In this document: piece after piece, positions 25,984 through 35,905 of the stretch
Layout of the letters: every line of letters starts with the position of its first letter
Position numbering within the stretch: position 1 is the first letter of the stretch
Source: a virus
Strand: one strand, 5' to 3'
IMG/VR virus record: IMGVR_UViG_3300025120_000019
Length of the DNA: 64,000 nt
Notes under the pieces: model-generated
The model's input: the letters and a program-made list of their open reading frames with translations, nothing else
The model's database searches: none
Told to the model about the DNA's origin: nothing
Position numbers and translations under genes: made by a program

Positions 25984-27142
25984 GTAAAACTCCTGTATCT
26001 AAGTGATTTCCTAATACTTCTAAATATTTTTCCTTGTGCATACTCTTTGGAGCACATAATCCACAGCCGCAAGTCATTTTAGGACATATTACTGTAGGCA
26101 TAGTATTTGTATTCATCTTTTCTCTCAAGTCTTCAATTAATTTTTTACCCTCGCTTAGTTTACCAATACGTCCACGCTTGCCATCAAATCGAGCTTGGCA
26201 AGTTTGGTGATGAAATACACTGTCTGTTTGTTGTTCTAAATGTAAGAAGAACCAATTAACGCTACAATGCCACCCTTTGAACTGCCTAAAATCAACAAAA
26301 TTACTTTTACGTTTTTTTGTTCCTGTGTGTAACAACATATCTCTACTTCCGCAACACGGTCTTCCTATATTTTGTCCTAATTTTTTCTTTTGTGTTGTTT
26401 TTTCACCTACTGCACTTAAAACTTTAGTAACTTCTTGCTCGTCATTCTTTTTTTCGTTTTTCCTTTTCCAATAATCTTTCATCCATTGTAGTTGTTCATC
26501 ATTATATTTGTGAGCAAAAGTAGGTCTACTATCTGGTTCCTCGCCAATTACTCGCGGAACATAGTTTACTCCGTGTGAATCTAAAAATTCACACAATTCT
26601 CTACATTCATCAAAATAATCTGCATGGAACATAACATTACAACTAACAGTGAAATTATGATCACTACCTTGATAATGAAATTCAAGTATTCTGTCTTTAA
26701 CTTGCTGTTTTAGTTTTTGATTACTTTCACTATGATAGCTTACTGTGGCATGATCAAAATTTTGCATTACTGCTTGACCCATTTTTACACCCATAGCACC
26801 GTTAGTTGTTAAAGCAAAGCCGCAAGTCCATTTGTCTTTATACTTTTCATTATATTCAGTTCGTAAATACTTTGCAAACGGTATAAAATTTGGATTTACT
26901 GTTGGTTCTCCTCCAGTAAAACCAATATTTGCAATTTTACTTGTCCTATATCCTAGATGTAAGTCAATATATTCATATAAAAAATCAACATTTTCTTTTA
27001 AAGAGTCTAAAGTTGCATGAGCAGAGAAATTATCATGCCTATGCATAGGACAATAACTACAATCGTAATTACATCTTCTTCCTGTGTCCCATGTAACTTG
27101 AAAAACATGGCCGGTTAGTAAGTCTATTGTGTCAAAACTCAT
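25964..27142 (-). CDS. Radical SAM enzyme, sub-family C
   Basis: 'VTWDTGRRCNYDCSYC', TGGEPT, 'GRPCCG', 'FKGWHC', 'CPKMTCGCGLC'. Confidence 0.9.
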   Translation of the reverse strand: MSFDTIDLLTGHVFQVTWDTGRRCNYDCSYCPMHRHDNFSAHATLDSLKENVDFLYEYIDLHLGYRTSKIANIGFTGGEPTVNPNFIPFAKYLRTEYNEKYKDKWTCGFALTTNGAMGVKMGQAVMQNFDHATVSYHSESNQKLKQQVKDRILEFHYQGSDHNFTVSCNVMFHADYFDECRELCEFLDSHGVNYVPRVIGEEPDSRPTFAHKYNDEQLQWMKDYWKRKNEKKNDEQEVTKVLSAVGEKTTQKKKLGQNIGRPCCGSRDMLLHTGTKKRKSNFVDFRQFKGWHCSVNWFFLHLEQQTDSVFHHQTCQARFDGKRGRIGKLSEGKKLIEDLREKMNTNTMPTVICPKMTCGCGLCAPKSMHKEKYLEVLGNHLDTGVLHDNNRQ

Positions 27143-28020
27143 ATATTTTTTATCTCTTTTATTATAGACTCAACACGAGATTCAGCCCATTGCCGTTCAC
27201 CGCACCACCAGCAAGTATTGCAAGTCGGTACTGCCATTCCTTCAGTGTATTTAAACATTTCTATATCTTGAATACCGGGGATTGTATCTATATCGCCTTC
27301 ACAGCTACGTGTAGTATAATACAGATCGATAATATTGTAAAGATGATATTGAGCCACAATCCAATCTTTTTTTACAAATTTAAAAGGAAGCATAACCCAA
27401 GTTCCTGACCTTCTTCTATAATGCATAAGATCAAATAATTCTCCATCTAAAGCATTACCATCTCTATTTTTCATCCTATCTTGTCTTGAATCGTCAGGAT
27501 TTTTGCTGGTACCATTAAATAAAGCACAAAAATTTTGTTTATCTGAAATATACTTATTAAATTCACCTACAATTATCTGGTCTCCACTCCGGCCTTCGTA
27601 TTCCGGCTCTACCAACGGCCCAGTAACTCCATGTTCTAATATTGTTGGAATAAATGTTGTGTGCCTTTCTTTGATTATATTTGGAAATTTATCTTTTAGT
27701 TTATTTAAAACTTGTATACTCCACCAACCTTGCCAAGGCCTAGTTTCCCAACATCGTGTAAAAGTTACAATATCAACAGTACAATCTAAATTATTGTCTT
27801 GTATAATTTTACATATAAAATATGTAAGCAAGCTACTATCTGCTCCGCCACTTAGATTTACTCCAACCTTTTTCCATTTTCTATTGAAAAGAATATCTAA
27901 ATGACTAAAACGTGTTACAATCCAATTTTCAGGTATATCGTTATCATCACCGGTTGCAGTAGAATCACTTTCCTGTATTTCTGTACGTAATCTATATAAA
28001 GTATTATTTTCTTTAAACAT
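27139..28020 (-). CDS. QueC-like PP-loop ATP pyrophosphatase
   Basis: NLSGGADS PP-loop; 'LPF....KDWIV'; 'TRSC...CNTCWWCGER' Zn motif. Confidence 0.75.
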   Translation of the reverse strand: MFKENNTLYRLRTEIQESDSTATGDDNDIPENWIVTRFSHLDILFNRKWKKVGVNLSGGADSSLLTYFICKIIQDNNLDCTVDIVTFTRCWETRPWQGWWSIQVLNKLKDKFPNIIKERHTTFIPTILEHGVTGPLVEPEYEGRSGDQIIVGEFNKYISDKQNFCALFNGTSKNPDDSRQDRMKNRDGNALDGELFDLMHYRRRSGTWVMLPFKFVKKDWIVAQYHLYNIIDLYYTTRSCEGDIDTIPGIQDIEMFKYTEGMAVPTCNTCWWCGERQWAESRVESIIKEIKNI

Positions 28021-29275
28021 TTGAAATTATCCTATTATTGATTTTATCAAAATAGTAATTTGTAAAATAATTATTGAAGTCCTGCTTCCAAATTAAATCT
28101 GTTTTTTTAACATACTCTTTAAAAGAAAGCCATTCTTTTTCGTAAACCTTGTGTTTTGTAACATATTTTTTTATACTTTTTACACCTTGATATGCGACAT
28201 AGATATCACTGCGTTCACTAGAGTACTTGGTTAGCATACTAACTGCTGAATCTAGTTCTTCAAGTGTTTGTTCACCAAAATGTAGCATCATTAGAGCAGG
28301 ATTAAGATAATCCGGTGTGTATATAATACTATGCTCAATATAATCACATTCCAAATCTATTAGTCCTTTTAACACATCTTTAAATTGCATAATTTGATAT
28401 ACACCTGTTGTGCATATTAAAGAAATTTTTGTTTTTTTGCTTCTCACATCTTTAAACTTTTGAATATTTTCTTGCAAAATTTTCCAGCTTCCTCCTCTAA
28501 AATATTCATAAATTTGTGGACCGCTATCTATACTTATTTTTACTTCACTAGATCCAAACTTTTCTAAACATTCATTTAGAGCAACTGGATCAAATGGTGC
28601 ATTAAAATTTGTATGGAACATTACATATATATTTTTTGAATTTGGATGTTCTGCTAATTTTTGTAGTGTTGGAAAAAATTGTTTTTGATATAAAACTTCA
28701 CCTCCTGAGAAATCAACTCTTTCTAAATTTGGAAAATTTTTATTCAAATCTTCTGCAATTTCTATTGCTTGTGTAGTATTAAGATCAATGCGTAGATCCT
28801 CTTCTTTACTTTCTCTATGCATCTGCCCTGTGAGCTGTATCAGATTATGCTCTTTATCAATTTCGTCTGGTTGATATCTTTTTAATTTTGAAACCCACCC
28901 ACTACTAAATGCTTGACTACAATGTAAGCAAGCCATGTTACAACTATTACTAAACCGAATTTCAATTGTTTTAAGTCCATCAAACTTTGTAATGCCAGTT
29001 GTAAAATCAGTATAACTTGTATCAGGAGTAATCTCTTGTCTCATGCTGATACCAGAATTTTGTTCTTCTACATATTGACACATATCACAGCCTTTAGGCC
29101 AATTACCATTTAGCAGATCCAGTCTATGTTTTGTAAAATTTTTATTGTTAAAATATTCACTAGGCAAATAACCATCAGACATCCATTGCAATCTATCAGA
29201 TTGCTGTGGGCAACTTGTCGCATACTTTTGCTTTAAGTTTATGCCGCCGAGTGAATAGTAACATGGATAACTCAT
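28013..29275 (-). CDS. Radical SAM enzyme, sub-family B
   Basis: PCYY...SC...CDMC; FSNSCNMACLHC; SGGE; HTN; SID. Confidence 0.9.
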   Translation of the reverse strand: MSYPCYYSLGGINLKQKYATSCPQQSDRLQWMSDGYLPSEYFNNKNFTKHRLDLLNGNWPKGCDMCQYVEEQNSGISMRQEITPDTSYTDFTTGITKFDGLKTIEIRFSNSCNMACLHCSQAFSSGWVSKLKRYQPDEIDKEHNLIQLTGQMHRESKEEDLRIDLNTTQAIEIAEDLNKNFPNLERVDFSGGEVLYQKQFFPTLQKLAEHPNSKNIYVMFHTNFNAPFDPVALNECLEKFGSSEVKISIDSGPQIYEYFRGGSWKILQENIQKFKDVRSKKTKISLICTTGVYQIMQFKDVLKGLIDLECDYIEHSIIYTPDYLNPALMMLHFGEQTLEELDSAVSMLTKYSSERSDIYVAYQGVKSIKKYVTKHKVYEKEWLSFKEYVKKTDLIWKQDFNNYFTNYYFDKINNRIISNV

Positions 29276-30135
29276 TTTATTAAAAACTTTTCTTGATTAT
29301 CTGTACCCCATTGTCGTTCTTGACAAAAGAAACAAGTACCGCAAACAGGAGGATCAACATCACCATCAGTCCATTCCACTCCTATTTTTAATTCGTTTGC
29401 TTCACAGCTTCTGGTCAAACTTAGCAAGTCTTGTATTTTAAAATTTTCATACTGTGCCATTGTATAATCTTTTTGAATTAGTGCAAAAGGATTTATTACA
29501 GCATTACTAATAACTTCACTAATTTTATCAGCAATTATCGTATTATGAGATCTAAATTCAGGATTTCCTCCATATCCTGCGGCATCTAATGTATGAAATT
29601 CTTTAGGAGGATTCATTGTTGTACCAGAATATAAGTAATCTAATTTTCTATCTCTTATTAAAAATTCCTTATATGTTGTCATAAAAAGGACATCGCAAAA
29701 CATTAAATTAGTATCATACAATTTATCCAAATGTTTTAAACCTAATTTTTCTAGTTTTACAACTTCAAGTTCTGGCGGTATAAAATTCCAATCATGTTCC
29801 ATGACAATATTTGGAAAACGTTTTTTCATCCATGTATAAACTTTTTTAGCTGAGTTAGGTAGCCAAGGCTTTGTATCATAAAATCTAATTACTGTAGTTG
29901 GTAAAATTTTACAATTACTTTTGTTATCTTGTATAAGTTTGCATAAAATATAAAACAACAAAGAACTATCTGCTCCACCGCTTAGACTTATACCTATACG
30001 ATTAAAACTTTTATCAAAATGAATTGGTAATCCATTTACATTTTCTATACTAGGATATTTTTTTCTATGGAAGTGTTCATATTCTTCTATAAAGTGCTTA
30101 TCGTTGTACATTTTATTAATTTTATCAAATATCAT
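29272..30135 (-). CDS. QueC-like PP-loop ATP pyrophosphatase
   Basis: SLSGGADS; 'NPF....KD'; 'TRSC...CGTCFFCQER'. Confidence 0.75.
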   Translation of the reverse strand: MIFDKINKMYNDKHFIEEYEHFHRKKYPSIENVNGLPIHFDKSFNRIGISLSGGADSSLLFYILCKLIQDNKSNCKILPTTVIRFYDTKPWLPNSAKKVYTWMKKRFPNIVMEHDWNFIPPELEVVKLEKLGLKHLDKLYDTNLMFCDVLFMTTYKEFLIRDRKLDYLYSGTTMNPPKEFHTLDAAGYGGNPEFRSHNTIIADKISEVISNAVINPFALIQKDYTMAQYENFKIQDLLSLTRSCEANELKIGVEWTDGDVDPPVCGTCFFCQERQWGTDNQEKFLIK

Positions 30136-31537
30136 TAAAGATATCTTTCATTTCAGGAAAGACATTAGCAAAACTATTACCACGCTGAGTATCGCATCTA
30201 AGTAAAAATTCTTGCATCTCAGGTAAACGCCTACTCCAATCTTCACTTTCCATAAAACTTAGCATTCCTTGTAAACGCTTGATTCCATATCCGGCACTAC
30301 GCCACTGCTCGTATGTAACTTTTTTCTTTCCTGATTTGTACCATATAGGAACTCCTTTATGCCAGTTTTCCTCCCACCAAGGATAAAATTCTTCATACTT
30401 TTTTCTTACTTCTGCTTTAAACCATTTTGGTAGTACTTTAACATTTAGATGAGGTGGATGGTAAACAAAATGATAATTTACACCACCTGCACCAAATGGC
30501 CACATATTAACTTTTTTAAATCCTTGTTCTAATTTCCATTTAATTAAATCCGGCAAGTAATATATGTTAAGTGCTTGTACTGCACAAGCTACTGTAATTT
30601 CTACATTATATGTTGTTTCATTATCAAGGATATGGAAAACTTCTTCTTGTCTTTTCCAATTACTAGGATAACGAATATAGTCATTCATTTCTTTTATACT
30701 GTCTATACTATAATGGAAACGCACCAGTTTGAATTGTTTCCATAGATCAAATAAATCCTCTCGCCATTCAACTCCATTTGAGTTATAACGTAATTCCAAA
30801 TCTTTAGCAATACCTTGTCTGATAGCTTCTTCAAGTATTTCATAATGTTCCTCAATAATTAAACTTTCTCCGCCAGCAAAATAAATTTGTTTCATATATG
30901 GCATTTGTTCATAGAACTGCTTCCAAAATACAGGATTTTGTTTGTGCCAATTATAACTACTGCCGTTTGTACTTCCTTTGTCTTGCCATTGCATTGTTTC
31001 TTTTAATGATTCATTTTTTACATTTGGAAATATTTTTTTGTAATCTTTTATCCAACCTGAACTGTCATGCGGTGAACACATTACACAGGCCAACTGGCAT
31101 TTGGTTCCAAATCTTAAATCAATATATGCTAATTGAGGAGGGACTTCTCCTTCCGGGCTTGTATTTGCAAGTAAGCTTTCTAAGTCCACACGTTGCATCC
31201 AGTATTCAGTTTCCCACATACGCTTACTACTGTGTCCTGCCGCTTCTTCCCTAAAACATTTTAGACAACTAGGAGGCTTTTCTCCATTCATCATTTGGGT
31301 ACGTACATTTTTCATATACGTACTATTCCATGCTGTTTGAAAGTCTGTTACATTTAAGTTATTAGGCTTACCATCGTCTGTTTTTAAAATACCAACTTGT
31401 CCACCATGCTCTTTGTCATTAGTTGCACCGACACTGCTTGCGTTTGCTGTACAACAAACTCGCATACTGCCATCTGGTCTAGTGCTTAAATGCACCCAAG
31501 GCAAAATGCAAAAGGTGTCGCTTACTACTTTGTTCAT
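30125..31537 (-). CDS. Radical SAM enzyme, sub-family B
   Basis: FCILPW...VCC...CLKC; RFGTKCQLACVMC; AGGES; YNSNG; SID. Confidence 0.9.
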   Translation of the reverse strand: MNKVVSDTFCILPWVHLSTRPDGSMRVCCTANASSVGATNDKEHGGQVGILKTDDGKPNNLNVTDFQTAWNSTYMKNVRTQMMNGEKPPSCLKCFREEAAGHSSKRMWETEYWMQRVDLESLLANTSPEGEVPPQLAYIDLRFGTKCQLACVMCSPHDSSGWIKDYKKIFPNVKNESLKETMQWQDKGSTNGSSYNWHKQNPVFWKQFYEQMPYMKQIYFAGGESLIIEEHYEILEEAIRQGIAKDLELRYNSNGVEWREDLFDLWKQFKLVRFHYSIDSIKEMNDYIRYPSNWKRQEEVFHILDNETTYNVEITVACAVQALNIYYLPDLIKWKLEQGFKKVNMWPFGAGGVNYHFVYHPPHLNVKVLPKWFKAEVRKKYEEFYPWWEENWHKGVPIWYKSGKKKVTYEQWRSAGYGIKRLQGMLSFMESEDWSRRLPEMQEFLLRCDTQRGNSFANVFPEMKDIFNDI

Positions 31538-31541
31538 ATTG

Positions 31542-31577
31542 TACTTATCTACGCATAAAATAGTGTACCGATAAATA
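31542..31577. promoter_or_regulatory. Divergent late-type promoters: GATAAGTA (-, 31542-31549) and GATAAATA (+, 31570-31577)
   Basis: Each lies 4 nt upstream of an ATG (31537 and 31582); no SD present. Confidence 0.6.
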
Positions 31578-31581
31578 CGAT

Positions 31582-32259
31582 ATGAGCAGTATTATAGATT
31601 ATGTTAAAATTGCGGAACATTGTCAAAGGAATTGGCAAGATAAACCTGTTGATCAAAATATTATTGATTCTGTACTAAAAGTATGTACAACAATGCCTAC
31701 TAAACAAAACAACGAATATTATAGCGTGTTAGTAGTAACAGACCCTAAACATAGACATGAAATAAATATGCTTTGTGTAAACGACGGTGATGATACTACA
31801 ATATATGCCAATACGCAAATGTCAGCACCTGTATTGATTTTGTTTTTTGAAACAAAAGGTAAGCTCCGACCAGGAAGCCATGATAGATTAGAACGTACCG
31901 AACATAATAATTATTCCTTTAACGCAGGATTGGCAATAAGTATGTCGGCAGGTGCCGCGGCTATTGAAGCGGCCGCAAATGGCTTGAATACTGGATTTTG
32001 TAAATGTTTTTTAACTAATGAACTAAAAAATTATTTACATGAAAATGTTGCTATGAAATCAGACAATCCAAAACTACATATTGCAAATAAAGGTAACGGA
32101 ACTGTAGAATTACTAATAGGTTTAGGATACGGACTTGAAAATACTCCACATAATAAAGTGTTTTATAACGGAAATCATGATCCTATATGGAACCACCAAT
32201 CAAGAAAGTGGGGTTTAAGGCAAACTTATAGAAAGAAAATTATTACACAGCAAGTTTAA
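31582..32259 (+). CDS. Nitroreductase-fold flavoprotein (paralog of 23514..24167)
   Basis: 'HCQRNW...MPTKQN...AISMSAG...GLNTGFCKC...LIGLGY'. Confidence 0.8.
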   Translation: MSSIIDYVKIAEHCQRNWQDKPVDQNIIDSVLKVCTTMPTKQNNEYYSVLVVTDPKHRHEINMLCVNDGDDTTIYANTQMSAPVLILFFETKGKLRPGSHDRLERTEHNNYSFNAGLAISMSAGAAAIEAAANGLNTGFCKCFLTNELKNYLHENVAMKSDNPKLHIANKGNGTVELLIGLGYGLENTPHNKVFYNGNHDPIWNHQSRKWGLRQTYRKKIITQQV

Positions 32260-33460
32260 AACTTCTTGCAATTATATAATCAGAAATAGGGGTTGGCAAA
32301 AAATCTTGGACTTTTTTATTATTTAATTTGTCCAATGCTTTAGTACTTTCAGATAATTTTTTCCAGTCTGACTTTTTTACTTTATGATCTTTAAAATTTT
32401 CTGTATATTTTATAACATTTTTAAATTTTAAGAGTGACCAATGATAATTATAATGTCTTAAAACTTGTTCACAATCAGCTATTAATTTTTCTTTAAATTC
32501 AATAGGGGCAAATTTAATATCAAACTCGTGATCCGGAGGTTTTAAGTTTACATCAATATTTATAGAAGCACCCATATCTATTGCTAATTTTCCTAAGGCG
32601 GGCATTTCAAACATATTATAAAATTGTAGTACAGTAGCCATTGTAAAACCTCTTGCATCACTTTCATTTACAAAATCTTTGATTAAATATAAATTTTCTT
32701 TAACTTTATCAAAGTTACCATGATGTCTAATGTAGTTGTAAACATTACCGGTACCGTCTATACTTACATTAACTATAACTGACTTAAATTTTTTCATTTT
32801 TTCTATAAGTCTTTTGTTAAATTTTGTTGCATTAGTTGTAAATCTTAAGCTTAAATTTTTAGCATAATTATTTTCAATTGACCAATCTATTACTTCTAAA
32901 AAATATTTACAAGCTGTAGGTTCTCCTCCTGTAACTTTAAGTAATTGTAATCCTTCTTCAATTAACTGTTTTGTATAAGCAACTTTCTCTTGAGATCTAG
33001 CCAGATCGCTCCACTTGCGAATATGGAGTGCTTGTAAGGTATGTAAATAATGCGGAACATCCTTACCACGTTTGTCTCTAAATGCTTCTTCAACAAGACT
33101 ACTATCACTAGGTTTACACATAACACAAGCTAAATTACAAGTGTTTGAATATGCAATATCTAAAAATGTAATTTTACTTTTATTCAAATCAATAGGCAAA
33201 CCAAATTGTTCAATAGCTCTTTCTCTAGCACTTTGTACACCTTTATTTTCATCAATCTGACATACACTGCATACCTTAGGAAATTTTCCTTTAATCATTT
33301 GTTTTCTGCTTTTATTATGCTCAAATGTATCTATTTTATCATTAAAATTTAACATAGCCCATTCATGATTATAATATGAATTACAGCAAGGAGCAACTTT
33401 TCCTTGAGTATCTATGTTTTGATGCATCCATAGATAAGGACATATTACTTCACTATGCAT
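32243..33460 (-). CDS. Radical SAM enzyme, sub-family B
   Basis: ICPYLW...PCC...CSVC; YSNTCNLACVMC; TGGEP; TTN; SIDG. Confidence 0.9.
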   Translation of the reverse strand: MHSEVICPYLWMHQNIDTQGKVAPCCNSYYNHEWAMLNFNDKIDTFEHNKSRKQMIKGKFPKVCSVCQIDENKGVQSARERAIEQFGLPIDLNKSKITFLDIAYSNTCNLACVMCKPSDSSLVEEAFRDKRGKDVPHYLHTLQALHIRKWSDLARSQEKVAYTKQLIEEGLQLLKVTGGEPTACKYFLEVIDWSIENNYAKNLSLRFTTNATKFNKRLIEKMKKFKSVIVNVSIDGTGNVYNYIRHHGNFDKVKENLYLIKDFVNESDARGFTMATVLQFYNMFEMPALGKLAIDMGASINIDVNLKPPDHEFDIKFAPIEFKEKLIADCEQVLRHYNYHWSLLKFKNVIKYTENFKDHKVKKSDWKKLSESTKALDKLNNKKVQDFLPTPISDYIIARSFKLAV

Positions 33461-34544
33461 CTAATTTAATCTCATTGTGATATGCTTTGTTTTTTGCACA
33501 GGTCCTAATACAACGTGCAAAATGTAATTCATGATCAGGATCCCAACTTGCTCCTAATAATTTTGTGTACCAAGGATGTTGTAAAATTTCATCTACAGTA
33601 TGATAATTTAAACTATTCCAGTTTGGTTCAAATTGATTTAATCTATCAATTATACCTTCTTGATTTTTAAAAGCACTATCATATAAAAAACAACAAGGCC
33701 ATAAAGTAGCATTTGCTCCGATAAATATTTCACCTTCGTGTATATATTTACAAACTACTGTTTTTAATATTTCTTTCTTTTTATCATCAAAGTTTTTATT
33801 TTTATTTTTGTGCAATTTATATTGCATAATAAATTTATCTAGTTCAGCTACCTGTGTTTTTTTACTATGCTCTTTTTTACCTGTTGTTGTGATTACTTTC
33901 TTTTCAACAACAACTTTCCTTTTCTCTTTATCTTTTTTTGCAATAGTAGCCACCCAATTTTGTAAACTATTCCTCATTCCTGTTCTGGTAGCAAAATTAA
34001 ATCCTAATGTATTTGCGTGTATCCTAGCCTTTTCTAACTCATGCTCATTGTGATCAAATACTATATAAATCCATGTAGCAGAACCTTCGTTTGCGTAATT
34101 TGCATAGGCTTGCATATTCCTTGCAACGATACTAAATTTTGTTTTGACCCTGTAAATATGATTTGTTTCTTCATGTCCATCAACACAGAAATGTATAAAA
34201 ACAAGTCCAGGACGTTGTTTTGAAATTTTTCCCATACGTTCCCACCAAGCCACTGGCTGAACACCTCCATTGGTACTAAGCTCGCAATAACCTCCATAGC
34301 TTGTTAGATAGTCAACCATATCTACACATTCTACGTGCATTGCAGGATCGCCAAGAACACCACAAAATTTAAATGATTTTCCGTCTATACTTTCTTTATT
34401 TGGAAAAATTTGTTTTATCTTTTCAAAATTTAAATTTTGGATATTTAATTTGTCCATGTTCTGTGTCCTTGCACAACCAGGACACGCGGCATTGCAATCA
34501 CTTGTTATTTCAAGTTCAATTTTTTTGAGATTTGCTAAATTCAT
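33453..34544 (-). CDS. Radical SAM enzyme, sub-family A
   Basis: LEITSDCNAACPGC; CGVLGDP; CVDG; C-terminal C...PCC...CIRTC. Confidence 0.9.
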   Translation of the reverse strand: MNLANLKKIELEITSDCNAACPGCARTQNMDKLNIQNLNFEKIKQIFPNKESIDGKSFKFCGVLGDPAMHVECVDMVDYLTSYGGYCELSTNGGVQPVAWWERMGKISKQRPGLVFIHFCVDGHEETNHIYRVKTKFSIVARNMQAYANYANEGSATWIYIVFDHNEHELEKARIHANTLGFNFATRTGMRNSLQNWVATIAKKDKEKRKVVVEKKVITTTGKKEHSKKTQVAELDKFIMQYKLHKNKNKNFDDKKKEILKTVVCKYIHEGEIFIGANATLWPCCFLYDSAFKNQEGIIDRLNQFEPNWNSLNYHTVDEILQHPWYTKLLGASWDPDHELHFARCIRTCAKNKAYHNEIKLDA

Positions 34545-34564
34545 TAAATACGTATATAATCCTT

Positions 34565-34580
34565 CATAAATATATTTATC
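34565..34580. promoter_or_regulatory. Adjacent late-type promoters on opposite strands: CATAAATA (+) and GATAAATA (-)
   Basis: cataaata-tatttatc in the gap between two divergent radical SAM genes. Confidence 0.55.
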
Positions 34581-34603
34581 ACTTGTACTTTTTGGAAAAA
34601 AAT

Positions 34604-35905
34604 ATGAAAAAAACAGAATATTGGAATAGTATGCTGGCAGAAAATAAACAAAATAATAGTGAAATTCTACAGGTCAAAGATAATAACAAAATGTGTACTG
34701 CTCCATTTAATAGTTTGTATGTAGGACAACATAATTTAGTATCACATTGTTGTGGATCTAAATATCCGATAGGATACACAAATGAACAAACATTAAGTGA
34801 AATTATGGATGGAGAAAAATCAATAGATACTAGGCGGCAGTTGTTAAAAGGAGAATATCCTAACCATTGTGAAAGTTGTGATCATTTTGAACAAAGGTCA
34901 GGTAAAATACATCCTGTAAGAGATTTTTTCAAAAAATATAAATATCACCGATATAATGTAAAAACAAACGGTGAGGTTAAAAAGCACGATATTAAATTTC
35001 TTGACTTGCTGTTTAGTAATAAATGCAATTTTGCTTGCATGGGATGTAATGCAGAACTTAGTTCAACTATTGCAGATAATTATACAGATGCTTATGAAAT
35101 TTTTACTAAAGGACCATTTGGTAATGGAGAAATAAGACAGACAAATTGGGAATCATCACCTGACCATATAATTGATTTTGTAATAAAGCACAAAGACACA
35201 ATTAAAAAAATACATCTTAATGGAGGTGAACCATGGATGCAAGTAGGAGTGCATAAATTATTAGATAAGATGTTAGAACATGGGTTGCATAAAAAAATAG
35301 AACTCTGGACTCATACAAACGGAAGTATTCGTAATTACAAAGGTGTAAATATATTAGAGGATTATTTAAAACACTGGGGGGAAAAGGTTAGTGTATCTCT
35401 TAGCCATGATATGTATTATGAAAAAGGAGAATATGTAAGATATGGGTTAAAAACTAAAAAATGGGAAAATACACTACAACGACTACTAGAGATAAATGCA
35501 ACCGTATCTATAAGCTGTGCTTACAATATTTTTAATGCAACAAATTTACAAAATTTATACAATTACTACAGAAAAACACTTGGGTTCAAAGGCTATCTAT
35601 CTATGGGTATGTGGATAGATCCAAAACCATTTTCTGCACCAATGTTACAATTGGATCCTATACTAATGACAAAAGCACAAAACGAATTAAAAGCGATACG
35701 TACTATAAAAAGTCAAAATGATGATACTTACTGTGTTTGGGACACAAAACGTTTACTTGCCTTTCTTAACACCAAATGGTCAAATGATGAAATACAAGCT
35801 CATAAAAAAACTTTTCCTATAGCAATTGATAAGTTTGATAAACTTAGAAACACAGATTTTTTACAAACTTTTCCTGAATTAAAAAACTTATATTACTTAA
35901 ATTGA
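34604..35905 (+). CDS. Radical SAM enzyme, sub-family B
   Basis: MCTAPF...HCC...CESC; FSNKCNFACMGC; NGGEP; HTNG. Likely start is ATG 34604. Confidence 0.9.
   Translation: MKKTEYWNSMLAENKQNNSEILQVKDNNKMCTAPFNSLYVGQHNLVSHCCGSKYPIGYTNEQTLSEIMDGEKSIDTRRQLLKGEYPNHCESCDHFEQRSGKIHPVRDFFKKYKYHRYNVKTNGEVKKHDIKFLDLLFSNKCNFACMGCNAELSSTIADNYTDAYEIFTKGPFGNGEIRQTNWESSPDHIIDFVIKHKDTIKKIHLNGGEPWMQVGVHKLLDKMLEHGLHKKIELWTHTNGSIRNYKGVNILEDYLKHWGEKVSVSLSHDMYYEKGEYVRYGLKTKKWENTLQRLLEINATVSISCAYNIFNATNLQNLYNYYRKTLGFKGYLSMGMWIDPKPFSAPMLQLDPILMTKAQNELKAIRTIKSQNDDTYCVWDTKRLLAFLNTKWSNDEIQAHKKTFPIAIDKFDKLRNTDFLQTFPELKNLYYLN

Noticed and set aside
27139-30135. Assigning the gene symbol queC
   Set aside because: Only the PP-loop and Zn motifs match; two divergent copies far from queE argue against assuming canonical function.
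34532-34603. ORF-track N-terminal extensions (also at 42061, 39897, 19265, 14524, 14064, 7262, 8552)
   Set aside because: They overlap neighbouring genes or promoters; downstream starts with translational coupling or an RBS fit better.
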